From Iphione sp. A-MEVVRFRX5 (taxonomy: Eukaryota), in contig OZ320322.1 in NCBI GenBank assembly GCA_976226885.1, positions 23,746,001 through 23,810,000 of the forward strand: 64,000 nt of DNA, given 5' to 3'. This document shows, piece after piece, positions 20,310-33,581 of the stretch. How positions within the stretch are numbered: position 1 is the first letter of the stretch; every line of letters begins with the position of its first letter. The notes under the pieces were generated by a model. That model was not told the origin of the DNA and made no database searches. It saw only the letters and a list, made by a program, of their open reading frames with translations. Both the position numbers and the translations under genes were made by a program.

Positions 20310-23300
20310 TTAAGTCCACACATCTTCTTGGTAACGGCCACTCAGGCGCATTTTCTTCAAAAAGGTATCCGTATCACTCTTAGTCCAACCTGGGAAGACA
20401 GAAAAAGGGAAAATATGCATCTTATTAATATTACAGAGTGATGGCTTACTCATTCTTCTTTACGCAGTATTTAAGAGACATTTTCTCAAACAAAACTCTC
20501 GTTTTAGAGGAAATAATGACACATGGAATATAGAGCAGGAAATATTAGCCGATAAATTTTTCTCTTGATCGATGTTGACAAATTTTGAGAACATATAAAG
20601 GGCAATTTCAAGTTCAAAAGAGAAATGATAAAACACAGTGGATAATTTTCACCCATTGGCCGTGAGCAAGTATTTCGGCAAAAAGGGCACTTGGCTCCAC
20701 TCTCTGTGTCTACTAAATGTCTGTACAAGATATTGGGTTTTAACATATAGTTAACCAGCAAGTTCCTTAATTAAAATTAGTAAAATATAAGGGCGACTGG
20801 AAAGTTTTCTAGTAGGACAGTAAACTATTTCCTTTGTTTTCTTTACAAAAATAACATCCAAACCTAACGTTTTTAGATGTAAATTAAGGCATGCCTAAAT
20901 CATACCCGAGTTAATGATTGTTTTTTTCATGTAACTTCGACTCCCTTTGATCTAAATGTGCCAGTGGAATTCACTTCTTTCTCTAGGGGCAAAGGAGAAT
21001 GTGAAGCGAACCTTTCTGTTCCTGCAGAATTTGGTGGAATGTGTTTGCCACATCTCGCGCCATCCCGCGCGCATCCCCACACACATAGACATGGGCCTGT
21101 CTCTCTTCAATAAGGTGTACCACCTCCTTGGCTCGACGCTCCAGAACGTGCTGTACATAGCGAAGACCATCTTCGGGCTCACGGGAGAAACAGACGAGCA
21201 ATTTGTGAAGGACCCCTCGCTGGTGGAACCCTTCCAGCTGCTCCCTGTCAGAAGTACAGCCCAGTTAGAACTTTAACTGTCTGGTGATATACAAGAACCG
21301 ACGAAGGCAAATAATACAGAAGGTTTTATGTGACACATTTATTAAAGCTCCTATAAGGGAATATGCCTACGATAAGGTTTTTCTCTATACGAGCCAACAA
21401 AGTAATAAACTATGAGAGAGAAGTATTCTGGGGTTCATGAGATAGAGAGGGGGAGGGAGAGAGAGAGACAGAGAGAGAGATAGCAGAGGGGGCAAAGAAT
21501 GACACAGAGAGAGCAGTGGGGGCAAAGAGTGACAGGCAGAAAGAGAAACAAAGACAAAGAGTGACACTCACACACAAACACGAAGACACACAGACAGACA
21601 GCGATGGTGACAGAAAGAGGGAGCAAAGAACGGCCTACATGTACAGGGAGAGGGAAGGTGTATGAGTATATTCATTTATATGAGCATGGGTACCAAAAAC
21701 GACAAAAGTTTGAAAACTGCATTACCTGAAGATGTAATCTCTGTCCTTATGTCGGCAACCAAAGAAAAGCCAACATTCACCTACACTGTCTGGATCACCT
21801 ATCTCAGCCAGGAGGTGTTCCCTAAAGAATGGGAAAAAGTACAATAGTAATGAATGAACACTGTGTTATATTCATCAGAATCTGGAGGTTAACCTGGCCG
21901 TTGCCTACGTATATGTGATTTTATTTCCTTAGAATGCAGCACCAAAATTTTGTTTCAGGCTTCCGATATCAATCCAGAAACTTTCAATACATTTTCAAAC
22001 GATTTCCGTCACGAAATGTTGATTACCGAAGTAAGAGAATCATAGTTTTACATGGCCTAAGTCCACCTATGGGCAAAGTTAATAAATAGTTGTGTAAATA
22101 CAATAAAGTTTTTTAAGGGAACGGTTTATAGGAAATCAAAATATATCAAGTATAAAAGGCAGCAATGGTTCATCTACTCAACAGGTTTTTAACCACATAT
22201 CAGTAATATCCATAGATATATTAAAAGCAGTAATTATAAATAAATGGTTGTCTTTCAACAGAAAGGTATCCAGATACGTTGCTGTGTTGACGAAAGCTCT
22301 GTACAGATGTGTGCCCATGTCAGAGACGGGTATATGCAGAGACATATACACAGAAGTGTGACTGTGCTTAGAGTAATGCAAGTGCACATAAATGTCTACC
22401 TGCTTGTAGAAAGCTATGCACAAAAGTGTGTCTGTGTCAGAGGCATATATACACAGAAGTGTGAATATGCTAAGGGTAATACAAGTACATATAATGTCTA
22501 CAGGTCTGTGTTGGAGAAAGCTGTGCATAGAAGTGCGTCTGTGTCAAAAACACATACAGACAGAAGTGTGCCTGTGCCAAAGGGAAATGCAAGTTCATGC
22601 AGACGTCTACCTGTGTTGGAGGAACCCGATGAAAGGCGCTACACCCGTCCCTGGGCCAATCATTACTAGAGGGCGCTTCAGGTCATCGCTTGGCCGGAAG
22701 TGCTGATTCTGACGCAGATAGACTGGCATCTAATCAACGGGAAATAAAGCAACAATTTTTTTATATCGTGAACTTCCGAATTGTCAATATTGCTTGTTTC
22801 AAAGATGTTGTCTTGAACTTATCATTCTGGAAGTATTGAGTGCGAGGGCCCTTTCTAATCTTTAATTCGTGAACATCCCCGTTTAACGGCATAATACATA
22901 AACACTTATTACCGGAATCTTGTAAAACTATTACAATGGTGAAGATAAAAACGAAGTTTGATGGTGACCCTTCTACAGAGTAAGCTACGCGGATTTGTAA
23001 TGAAATTCGTCCCTTCCCGATATTCTCAACAGTACTGCTGACAACCACCCCCACTATTTTACATGATAAACCTTGCAGAAAGTGTATCAAGTGAATAAAT
23101 AAATCCAAACCAAAGCCACTCACACTTATCTCAGCATAAAAGGAAAGTACAAGTGATTCACTTTACTTCACTATTTGAACCTTTTCTGTGATAACTCCTG
23201 TGCTCATTTTTACAATAAAAGTCTGACTGTATATGTCATAACTACGAAAAGAAAGCCTTTTAAGCACCATAACACAAACATATGAAAGTTGCAGGCTATA

Positions 23301-26300
23301 CACTCAGGCCAATAAACTGACCTGCAGAGGTAGCTTATCTATGGAGAGCTGCTCCATCTGTCCGCTGAGCTCCTCAGTGTTGAGGGCCTGGAGGTGTGTG
23401 GTGAGTAGGTCGAGATGTCCAGTACATATGCCGCGCCTATGTTGGGACCTCCCCAGGCCAGCAGGGATCTCGATAACGTTAAAGACGAAGTCAACTTCAT
23501 CTGCGTTTGCTGTGGGTGAACTGTGTGCGAAAGGAAACAATCCAACGTTGGGTTCGTGTCAGGGGCATGCAGCTTTTGCTTATCGTGAAAACAAAATAGT
23601 TTCCTCCATGATGAATTCACGAAGATGCCAATGTTGTTTCTAATCTATGATAAAAGACCGATATTAAACTAAATATTAAATGGATAAGGCACAGAGTAAC
23701 CCTTATTTACCTTGCGGCTGAGTAAGGCCGTGGCTGAAGTCTTGGTAAATGCTCTGAAATGGGACATGAGTTGTAAATCAGTGCCTGATCAAAAACCCTC
23801 TGGAAATTAAGAGCCTAAGGGCATTGCTGTGACCTGGAAGTTAACGTGCTTTAAATGATACGGCTCGCAATCCATAGCACCTCCATGGTTCTTGAAGTAC
23901 ATGTAATTTGACTGAACAGCTTAACCTAATAAAAAGTGGATGACATATTTTTCAATTAAGTAAAGAGTTGTGGCCTAGCAATGTTACGACTAGGCAAAGT
24001 AGACATCAGAATTCATGAAAAAAAAAATCCAATTTCCGCCTATTTCCAACGGTAGCGTATTTTTCTCTACATTGCCGAAATAACCTGGCCAGAGGCGGCT
24101 GATAAGAAGGGATTACCATAGAACAATCTAATGACAATTTTCCTGATAAAAGCTGCATATCTGTTGAGTCTATAAAACTCTTGCTATTTCAAACAGTATC
24201 AGACTGCTCTCTGTTTTTACCTAAAAGCCTGGCGAATGGTGGCTGACAGGAAGGGAAGGCCATAAGGAGATCCAGTAGGGAGATGCCAACTTCCCTGATA
24301 TAACTTGCATAGCTCTCAGCCCCTTGCTTACTGCAGAGCTCTTGCAGGCGCCGCTTCTCCTCTGGTGAAGCACAATGCTCCACTAGACACCTCAGTAAAG
24401 CCTGTAAGGACAACAACCCTGAACAGTGGAAGCATATATCTTGCAAACTACACCAAAGCTACGCATTTTTTTTAAATGCCATAGTAGTACATGTATTCCA
24501 AAATGATGCCAAGATTCTTCCTTATCAAGATGAATGAAAATAAACGTTATTTAACATACTCTGCAATGCTGCTTTCCATTGGAAGCCAGGGGTAGTTTTA
24601 TGGACCTGTTGGAACAAGGATGATATATGTATATCATCTGTTTCTTGAGGAGACTCTCACTGTTTCGTACCTTCTTTGGTGCAGCCCTGATATCACAGCA
24701 GTGCAGTAGTGCATCACGTATTGTGCCCGAGGACGGAATGTGAGCAGGAACAGCAGCGTTCCGCTTCTTTGTACCTGGGATTACTTCAAGTGTGTACAGC
24801 TGATCACATACATCGGACAACCCAAGCCTGCAGTAGGAGAATATACTGCATGATGAAGATAAGGGAAATACTTAAAACAGAGACATAAGTGGCAATTCAA
24901 TAACATTGCATTTATCACACAAGGCTTACAAGAAACAAGGGAAGGACCTATGAGATCTATTGTCCCCAAAAAGCCATTCAGTCAAGTGGAACTTGTTAGT
25001 TCTACATGGATGAGCAGATTAGAAGATAGTTTCATGCTTTGAAATCTACAAACTGCCGTTTTGTGTGCATCTGTGTCTGCAACTACATATTAAACACATT
25101 AATATTACCAGTTACTCGGAATTACTATAATATGAGTCAGTGGCAAGAGACCGTATGGGCAACACCTTAGTAAAAATCAGAGCATTTGAAGAACTAGTTA
25201 AGGGGGAAATAGACCCACAAAACCATGACAGAGGATCGGACAGTCCCCGACAGTAGTATCTAGCGTCCTCCCCCACCTCTATGAAGTGGGGGACAAAATT
25301 ATATCTGTCACAACATGAAAAGACTTGTGAACAAGATCAGCTCTGAGCAGAAGCTAAGTTACCAAATGAATTGTATGTGGCATCTTATCATATGGAGCAA
25401 ATGAGCCACCGACATTACCTATTCGTACCTATATGTCTTTTAATTTTATGTTTGGAATAGTGATAAACGGCTGTTTTGTGTAGTGTGCAGAGGAGAGAAG
25501 AAACATGCTTACCTTTGGATCAAAGTTTCCACTTCATCACGTGGGTTTGGGCATATGATTCCAAACGAATCACCGGGGCCCCAGTCCCAGGAAAGATTCT
25601 AGAACAATTGAGAAAGTTATGGGTTACCCTATGATTTGTCAAACACGAATGAAAAGAGAATGATCAATATGCTCTCATCCTATTTTCAGTGTATGAGAAA
25701 TGATTCGTCACACTTTGCGGTAAATGTACCCAATGCATCATGAGCCATGGGTGCCAATGACTACTCGTTCTATCTGAATACAGGAGAACCTCACCCTGCG
25801 ACCATTTGCCTAGGGCGACCAGTCGGCCAGTGCGACCAGTTTTACTAAGAACGAACCAAATTTTAGTACATTTGCTATATGATACACTTCGCCCAGGGCA
25901 ACCACTGGCTTGGGCGACCATTCGCCCATTAAGACCACCATTTTAAGAACAAAAACTAAGATTTTAAGGTGCCTAGGGCGACCACAGGCCATGATACAAA
26001 AAAAACACTTCTTTTCCCCATAATATTAAGTTAATTTAGACTTCTTTTCCCCATAATATTCAGTTAATTTGGACTCTTTCCCCATAATATTCAGTTTATT
26101 TGGAGATTTTCCCCATGATATTCAGTTAATTTGGACTTTTTCCCCATAATATTCAGTTAATTTGGACTTTTCCCCCATAATATTCAGTTAATTTGGAGTT
26201 TTACCCCATAATATTCAGTTAATTTGGAGTTTTACCCCATAATATTCAGTTAATTTAGACTTCCTTTCCCCATAATATTCCCCATAGAGAGGGAGACAGA

Positions 26301-29300
26301 GAGAGGGGCATAGAGAGAGAGGGAGACACCCAATGCCTTAGGCGACCAGTTGCCTAATGTGACCACTTCAGCTCAGTCCCTTAGGTGGTCACATTAGGCG
26401 GGTTCTCCTGTAATTCCTCTATTTAGACTATCTATGTTCCTCAGCATCAGTTTTGGTATTATTTTACTGATTTGGAACATTATTTCTCTTTGACAGCAGG
26501 GAATACCCGTTTTAAAACGATATTTTTTCTTAAGGTATCATGTAAATATTTTGAGAAGGTGCATCTTTCTTTCCGTGTAAGTAAAATTTTAAAATACGGT
26601 GTCTACCTCTATCTTTGTGTTTGTGAGTGAGAGTAAGTGTATGTGTGTGCAAATGTGTGTGAGCTGTTTGGGCGACGGTATGTGTATTGGTGTAGGTGTT
26701 ATTGAAACCCATCACACTTACCTTGACCTGTAATGTCAACTTGAGCGTCTTCTTCACAGCATTGTCCTGGGTCAACTGGACAGCTCGAGTGATGGTTGCC
26801 ATGGTGACAGATGTCTTAGCTGATGGGAAAGGGCTGCCATTTTGTAGATATGACTGTGACTGTTCCGCAATGGCTTTCTTTGGACCAAAATTAAATAGAG
26901 ATTTTCTTTAGATATCACGAACCCTTTACTGAAAGCATTAATATATACTACCTCTCCTTGAAACATATGGTGATGAGCAACAAAATCAAAAGGATTTCCA
27001 CCGGTTCTTATGACCAAATAGCGTCACCAGCCTCAAACCAGAGACACCTCCACTTACTAGGGCGAACATTGCGAGAAGGAAGGCAGGCATATTACGCCAC
27101 AATATACACGACTTTTACTGCGTATGCACATTCCAAGGCTCAGGAAAACTTGCCAAAGGATATGGAATTAGTGTGGAGAAAGCTTTACAACCCCACTCGC
27201 TGATAACGTCGCTTATTGTATATGAAAACCATATGGAAACAGAGGAAAATAAAATCTCTTCTTTTTTCTTATAAAATTCCCTCGGCTCACATGGCAAATA
27301 TCAACCAAGCTGTGAAAGAAAAACATGTGTTATTTTACCTTACTACTGTCAATGTCAAAGGTGATGCTGAGATAGGCGGCTGGGAGTACCGGTAGAGTGA
27401 GTGCGCTCTCGGCGAGAGCTCCACATGACCGAACCAGTGTCTCCCCCTGGGAGTCTCCAGTATCTCCTTCTCCTGCTGACTGTTCTTCACTAGTGCCCTG
27501 ACTAGGTGAAGACATGCTGCCTGAAACTGCATCAACGGGACAATTTTTCTGCTCAGTTACGGCTCCACGGGCTGGACTTGACCGAGTCTGCGTGAGATCA
27601 TCAGAACCTTGCGGTAATGGTGTCTTCATACCCACGGTTGGTTTCCTATTGGTCATTTCAGCACTACTGTCTGTTTGTTCGAGTTTAATCTGGTCGACCT
27701 GATCAGTCTCTCCAGTGTATATATTCCTGTCACCTCCACTGAGTTCTCCACTATGACCAACAGCAGAATCTGGCCGCTCCCCGGGAATACTGTCACTGAT
27801 CACTTGGCCACCCACAGGGATACTGTTATTGCCACAGTTCTCGCCACCACCGCTGTCGATGGCATCATTCGACACTGCATCGGTGCTTGCCATGGCGTCA
27901 GTATCCTGCTCGACCAGTTCTTTCCTGAGTACAGGCCACAAGCCCTCGATCCAAGGTTCAACAGCTACTTCTAAACTATAAAAAAAGAAAAATATACAGT
28001 GAGAGTAGTGCATGTAAACAGATTCGCTGCTACCTATTGCTGAGCCGAACGTAGATATTTCGTATGCTGTCTTCTATGGTGCCACCTATACTATTCTTAG
28101 GTAGATGCCTATGGTGCAATAGTAGTTTTAAACTGCAATGATTAAGTGGTATACGAATGCATTCTCGTGTTTGCGGTAGATATATTAGGTTCTCATCGAA
28201 CTGAACGTACCCGACAGCGTCGTCCGCCCAAGCAGGGTCATAAAAGGCGACCGCACCAAGGTCACTCAGCCGACGATAGAAAGTCTTGCCACAGTTACAG
28301 AAGTTGGCGTAATTGGAGTCACCCAGACCTGCCGTTTGAAGGTGAGAGAATGACTGCTAGACGTGGCAAAGGTACTACTCCCAGTGATACTCCCCCCCCC
28401 CTCCAAAAAAAATGAACGTGAGGGAATGAATGAGGTTGGTGTCATTAAGAACGTTAAATAAACCAACTATCTACAAGAGAATTTAAACAACAGAATAGTT
28501 CGAACCAGTTCAAATCGTCATAATATGGATAATCTGTAATAAGATAAAGGCGAGGGCAGGATTCGAGCTTAACATTCATCCAGTGACTCAATGGTCAGCT
28601 TATTTTAGTGTTAGTCAACTATTTTCACCAATATCAAAACAATGCTGAACCAGACGGAAAACCTGTTTTCGGAAGTCGTCTATCTTTACTTGAAAGTACT
28701 TGGGTGAAAGTACGTGGGGTCTGCTCTTTTAATCTGTCCCTCTCATCTGTCCTCTTTCTTTCCTTCCGGGTCGACAACCTCGGTCTGGGTCAGACCAATT
28801 ATAAAGTGATTCACCCAGCCGATGACTGACTGACCCAGAAGGTCAACTTTAAATAAAAGTCACGGTCACACCCAGGCCGGGGGGGGGGGAGTATCTGACC
28901 CAATACTACCGAGCACACGAAAAAAATCCCACGGCGCTTCCCTCTCACTCAGTTCCATCAATGCTGCGGTCAATCTATGAGGATCTGACCCTATGCATGC
29001 GCATGTTGCCTCACGCACGTGCTGAATGCGGCAATGTGTAGGATGCGTCACCTACAACGTATACCCGCATGCCTGCATACTGGGTACCTCATTATGCAAG
29101 TATACAGTTTGCATTCTCCTTATAGANNNNNNNNNNNNNNNNNNNNNNNNNNNNNNNNNNNNNNNNNNNNNNNNNNNNNNNNNNNNNNNNNNNNNNNNNN
29201 NNNNNNNNNNNNNNNNNNNNNNNNNNNNNNNNNNNNNNNNNNNNNNNNNNNNNNNNNNNNNGGTGGAGTGGAAAACAGAGTATATACATATATATGTCAA

Positions 29301-31255
29301 AACGCATTGTAAACATTCGTGCTTCTTATAACTACCTACGGCAAGGTATTCATGTGGACTGAAAGACAACTCTTCTTTCTCAAATAAACACTTCACGCTA
29401 GAAATAATTAGGACGGACAAACCTGAAGAGGAAAGGGGGAACAAGAAAATTGCAGAGTTGATCGATAAATGTCTTCCACATCTCTGACTGTGGTAATATG
29501 CGACCTTAAGTGTAAGGGTACCTCAGATTGGGTGTGTTTTGTTTTGATTCTGCTTTTATAAATGAGTATGTCAACTGCATATAGATGTATATAATCTAGT
29601 GAAAGTACGACAGATTGCTGCAAGTGGCCCCCACTGGTGTGGTACTGCAGTACTGCCACCTGAAGCTGTGACTCACCTAGTAGTGCGAACCTCAGACCCG
29701 TTAGGAGGTCGGGCGGGTGGGTCTTCCTCTTGAGCCGCCTCCAAAACTTGTGGCCCGTGTCGGGAACGTCGCCGTCGCCCGTCGTCGACGTGATAATGAC
29801 GGCGTGCCGCTCGCGCTCCAGCCAGAACTGGAAGGTGCGATATGTAACACTTGAGAGGGCGCCCGCGGGAGGCGAACGGTCGGTGAAATCTCGGGTGGCG
29901 CCCCCTGGGGGATCACGTCCTAACTAGCGCATAAATCAAGCGTGGTTCTGCACGTATGTAGTATGAGGGCACGAGTATACACCTCCCCTAACGAAGTAGA
30001 TGTGGTTGGATATACCACTTCGTTATGACAAACTTCGTTAACGTTGACATAATTTATTACAATTGACAATTTGTTAGGATTGAAGACCCAGGCTACGTGA
30101 GAACCGAGACTATAATTATGATACGGTTAACTGTAATTCTTTTTAGATAGGAGCTTCATTTTCATCAGATTTATTAAGATAGATATACAGTTGAAAGAGA
30201 AATATACAGCTGAATGCTAAGCACTACGCGACGATCCCTCCATTCCAAGCTCAAGTGGTAACATTAGGGGTTTTGGTCGCATAGTGGTCTGTTATGGAAA
30301 CAGGCGAATTTGACAAGTAAAAAAGTCCAAAAGCATAGAATTTGATTATACAAGTTCTATGAGGAACCAATTTGATGATTAAAATTCCAAAAAGCAATGG
30401 ATTTGATGAGTAATCGTAGAAAAAAGGCAAATTTGATGAGTAAAAGTCCCAAAAGCCATGGACCTAATAACTAAAAGTGGATTTTCTCTCAGCATGGACA
30501 TCTGAGATATCACACTATCAGCTCTGGTCACATGATTGACAAAGAATAACACTTCAACACTTTGGGCTTGGACATCTGCGATGTCATGCGAACACCTCTA
30601 GCAATATAAACCTGCCAATTTGTGGTCTAAACCTGCTGATTTGCGTTCTAAATCTGCCAATTTGGCCCTAAATAGTGTGGTTGCATGACTTCTGAGGTGG
30701 CGCTCTCACACTTTCACCCGTAAAGTGTTACTCAAATCCAACAGACACAACCCTAAGATGTATGGTCACAGACTGGCAGTCTTGCGAGAATTTTCATACC
30801 TATGTTAACAGAGGTGAATACAATGTATTTCTGTTCCAAGCTCATATAGTCATACAGACGGTTTTCGACCCATTCCTGTATGATTGCCTAGTGGCATTCG
30901 ACTCTGTGTTGACCTGATAGCTTTGTCAGTACGTACGCTTCAAAGAGAAATTCATTTCTGCTGTAGCCATACACGTATTCAAATATTCACTAGTCCACCG
31001 AGGTTTTCTTTAACCCATGTACAACGTCGTTTCCCTTAGCCTGGCCATGCGGGTGGAGACGACCCTGTTATAGCCCTGAATGAATTGATGCACCCCGTGT
31101 CTGGCACCCACCCGCTTCTCTGTATTACTGATACAGTGCAGGTCGGCGTGGAGGCCGTGGGAGGGCGCCTGTTCGGCTATCTCTTCAGCAATAGCCTGGG
31201 CTTGACCGGTCTGCGAGCTGTAGACGAGTAGAAACCGCGGGGCTTCGGTAGGCAT
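20310..31255 (-). CDS. MTRR: Methionine synthase reductase (diflavin FMN/FAD/NADPH oxidoreductase), 14 coding exons, ~799 aa
   Basis: Exons 31255-31112, 29827-29677, 28328-28211, 27975-27339, ~26877-26722, 25598-25513, 24827-24671, 24401-24221, 23753-23711, 23520-23322, 22729-22611, 21821-21726, 21244-21012, 20389-20310; total 2400 nt, in frame. Motifs [59 protein letters not shown]-terminal EDVWT. Confidence 0.95.
21441..21620. repeat. GA/GACA-rich low-complexity microsatellite tract (MTRR intron)
   Basis: gagagagagacagagagaga-type runs. Confidence 0.8.
26009..26285. repeat. ~31-bp tandem minisatellite, about 8-9 units
   Basis: Unit ttttccccataatattcagttaatttggac repeated head to tail without spacers. 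Confidence 0.92.
26352..26399. repeat. Perfect 15-bp inverted repeat (hairpin or MITE remnant)
   Basis: gcctaatgtgaccac (26352-26366) and gtggtcacattaggc (26385-26399), 18-nt loop. Confidence 0.7.
29127..29261. other. Assembly gap (135 N)
   Basis: Run of N. Confidence 0.99.
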
Positions 31256-33072
31256 GCTTTTCTATGCGGGCCCCGTCAGTGCTTCATCTAGGCAGTCTGA
31301 ATGAGAGAGAGAGAGAGAAAAAAAAAGACATACCGAGATCTGTGTTGACGCACAGCTTTATATTCAATCAAAACGGTACATTCCAGCGAAGCAATGAGTT
31401 CCAGGAATGTGTTAACTAAATTAAGTCTTGTTGATCTTGGTGACTTTGTCTAACTCGTGAACACAACCCTAGATATCAACACAGTTCCAAAGGTCTTTTT
31501 CCTTGAAACGTTTTTTTTTATTCTGGCATGGGGTTGCTGTGTACCTTTCCCTATTTATAAGGCAGCAAAACATACGATCCAAGCAGAGAAGACCTCCACC
31601 CCCTGGTGTAGAAGGATAAAGTACATGTATATGAGGCGGAATCGTATTGTTTCAGACGTTTTTCGAAGTAAACACTGCTAACATACATTTCACCTCCTGA
31701 TCAGTTCTAACGGGAATACTATATTTGAAACGTTTTCATAGGAAAAATTGTTTACAAGCTTTGTTTTTTTATTTTAGAGATGAAGCATGTACGTGACACT
31801 TCCAGTCGGTTGTGAGAGACAGTTCATCATTGTGACTAGCTCTCCATATGAAAAAAAAACAGCTTTTACATTCGTTGAAAATAACAGAAACCCAGAGATT
31901 TTTATATATCTATAAAAAAAAACATATCTATGTTGACACAAGAATTGATACGACACTCAGTTTGTGTACTAAATTCTATGAGTAATATTTTTTCAAAGAT
32001 GAAAAATCCCGTTTGCCTGAATAATGTTTTCATGGGGATAAACCGTCATTGCAACTGCCCAGTTATGTTCCAGTCTCTTAAGATAACCTCTAACACTCTA
32101 AGAGCTGATTTTGTCATCTAAAAGACTCTTAGAAGCACAGGCAACTAAAACCCTGATATGTCCATGTTAGTTATTACCTGTACTCTAAGTCGTAGTGTGG
32201 ATCGTGAAGTTCAACAAACTTTATTTTTATGAGTACTTTAAACTTGAGCATTATGACCATGTGATACCTAGGCTAGTTCAGTGTATTTTCTATGGATTTA
32301 CTTTGGTATCATATAAAGTCAATTCATATCCGTACTGACCCTCCTATTAGTACTACTGATAGTTTCTGCCGGAACGCCTCACAAGGGACCAGGTTGTAGT
32401 TGTATTATTAAGGTATCCATCAAAATACAAGTACTAGGAATTTATCGCAGATAACGAAGTGTAGGGTTACAGCAGATAGTAAAAAGCCCTTGCAATCATT
32501 ACGCTTTTTTTTAGTATTAATGCTTGCCTAATTGTACTTACTAAGGACCGAATATTTTCATTCTTACTGCATTTATTTCGTTGTCATTCAGCTTTGTCAG
32601 TAGTCAGATGTCTCAGGACATTTACTGGTGTGACACATATATACCCAAGTTATCACATTTTAAAACAAATTGTCAACAACACTGGTTCCATGAGGATTAT
32701 TTATTGTGTATACATACTGAGATATGCGGTATGGTTATATACATAATGAGAAATGACTTCATTCTTGATAAGACTCCCGTTTCACACGAAAACAATTTCT
32801 CACTGCTGAGAGACGTTCTTGGAAGTTCCTAAAAATCTTACTATTTCTTTTACAAAATTACACAAAACAGATGAAGCAGCCATATTTTTCTTGCCAATTC
32901 AGGGAAGTTTTTATGTTATACGGATATCATTCCAGTTAGCTACATTATAAATGACGTATTTTTAATGAACCAGAGCCAATTTTCAGCCTGGGCGCGCGGG
33001 CCTAGGCCTTTGCCATCCTTCTGCATGTAATTATTAAAAGTTGAATGGCTATGCTTTGTAGAAAGCACCCCC

Positions 33073-33575
33073 TTACTGGTTCCTGGCGATGACAAGTTCG
33101 CCTGTTGTCTGTAGATACAACCATTAATGTCAGCAGCAGCTGTAGCCGTTTCTTATCATCCCAGATACCAGTTGCTGGTGCAGCCCATCATTCAGATAAA
33201 ATCTCACTGGCTGACGTGAGCCTAGCCACGATGATTTACACCACTGCTCATTATCATCCCGGACACCAGCCACTGATGTATCCGACTACACAGATGACAT
33301 TTCCTTGCTAATCACTGGCTGGGGGACTCTGGGAGCGCAGCTATGATGATTACACGTTGTTGCCAAGTATTATCATGGATGTCTACAGCAGCTTGAGCCG
33401 ATCATTCTCATCATCCCGGATACCAATCACTGAAGTATCCTACTAAATAGGAGGCAGTTACTTGCTGATCAATGGCTGAGGTGCTCTACAGGTATTCTGA
33501 CCTTCCTCAGTGACTGCAGCTGTTCATTCTCATCATCCTGGGAGCCAGTCTACTGTTTAATCCTACTACATCGAA
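33073..33575 (-). repeat. Four decayed tandem copies of the BCCIP terminal coding exon
   Basis: The (G)GGATGA(T/C) core of the WDDED codons recurs at ~33538, 33417, 33260 and 33162; translations align to the last exon. Confidence 0.8.
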
Positions 33576-33581
33576 GGCAAT

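Noticed and set aside
26009-26285. CRISPR-like regular repeat array (also 42841-43220)
   Set aside because: Units are head to tail with no unique spacers, there are no cas genes, and the DNA is eukaryotic; these are minisatellites.
28608-28829. Plus-strand ORF containing LGLGQTNY, resembling the flavodoxin LGLGDSNY motif
   Set aside because: Wrong strand for MTRR; the true motif is in exon 28328-28211. Treated as coincidence.
29019-29444. ORFs spanning N runs (also 43087-43581)
   Set aside because: Artefacts of assembly gaps.
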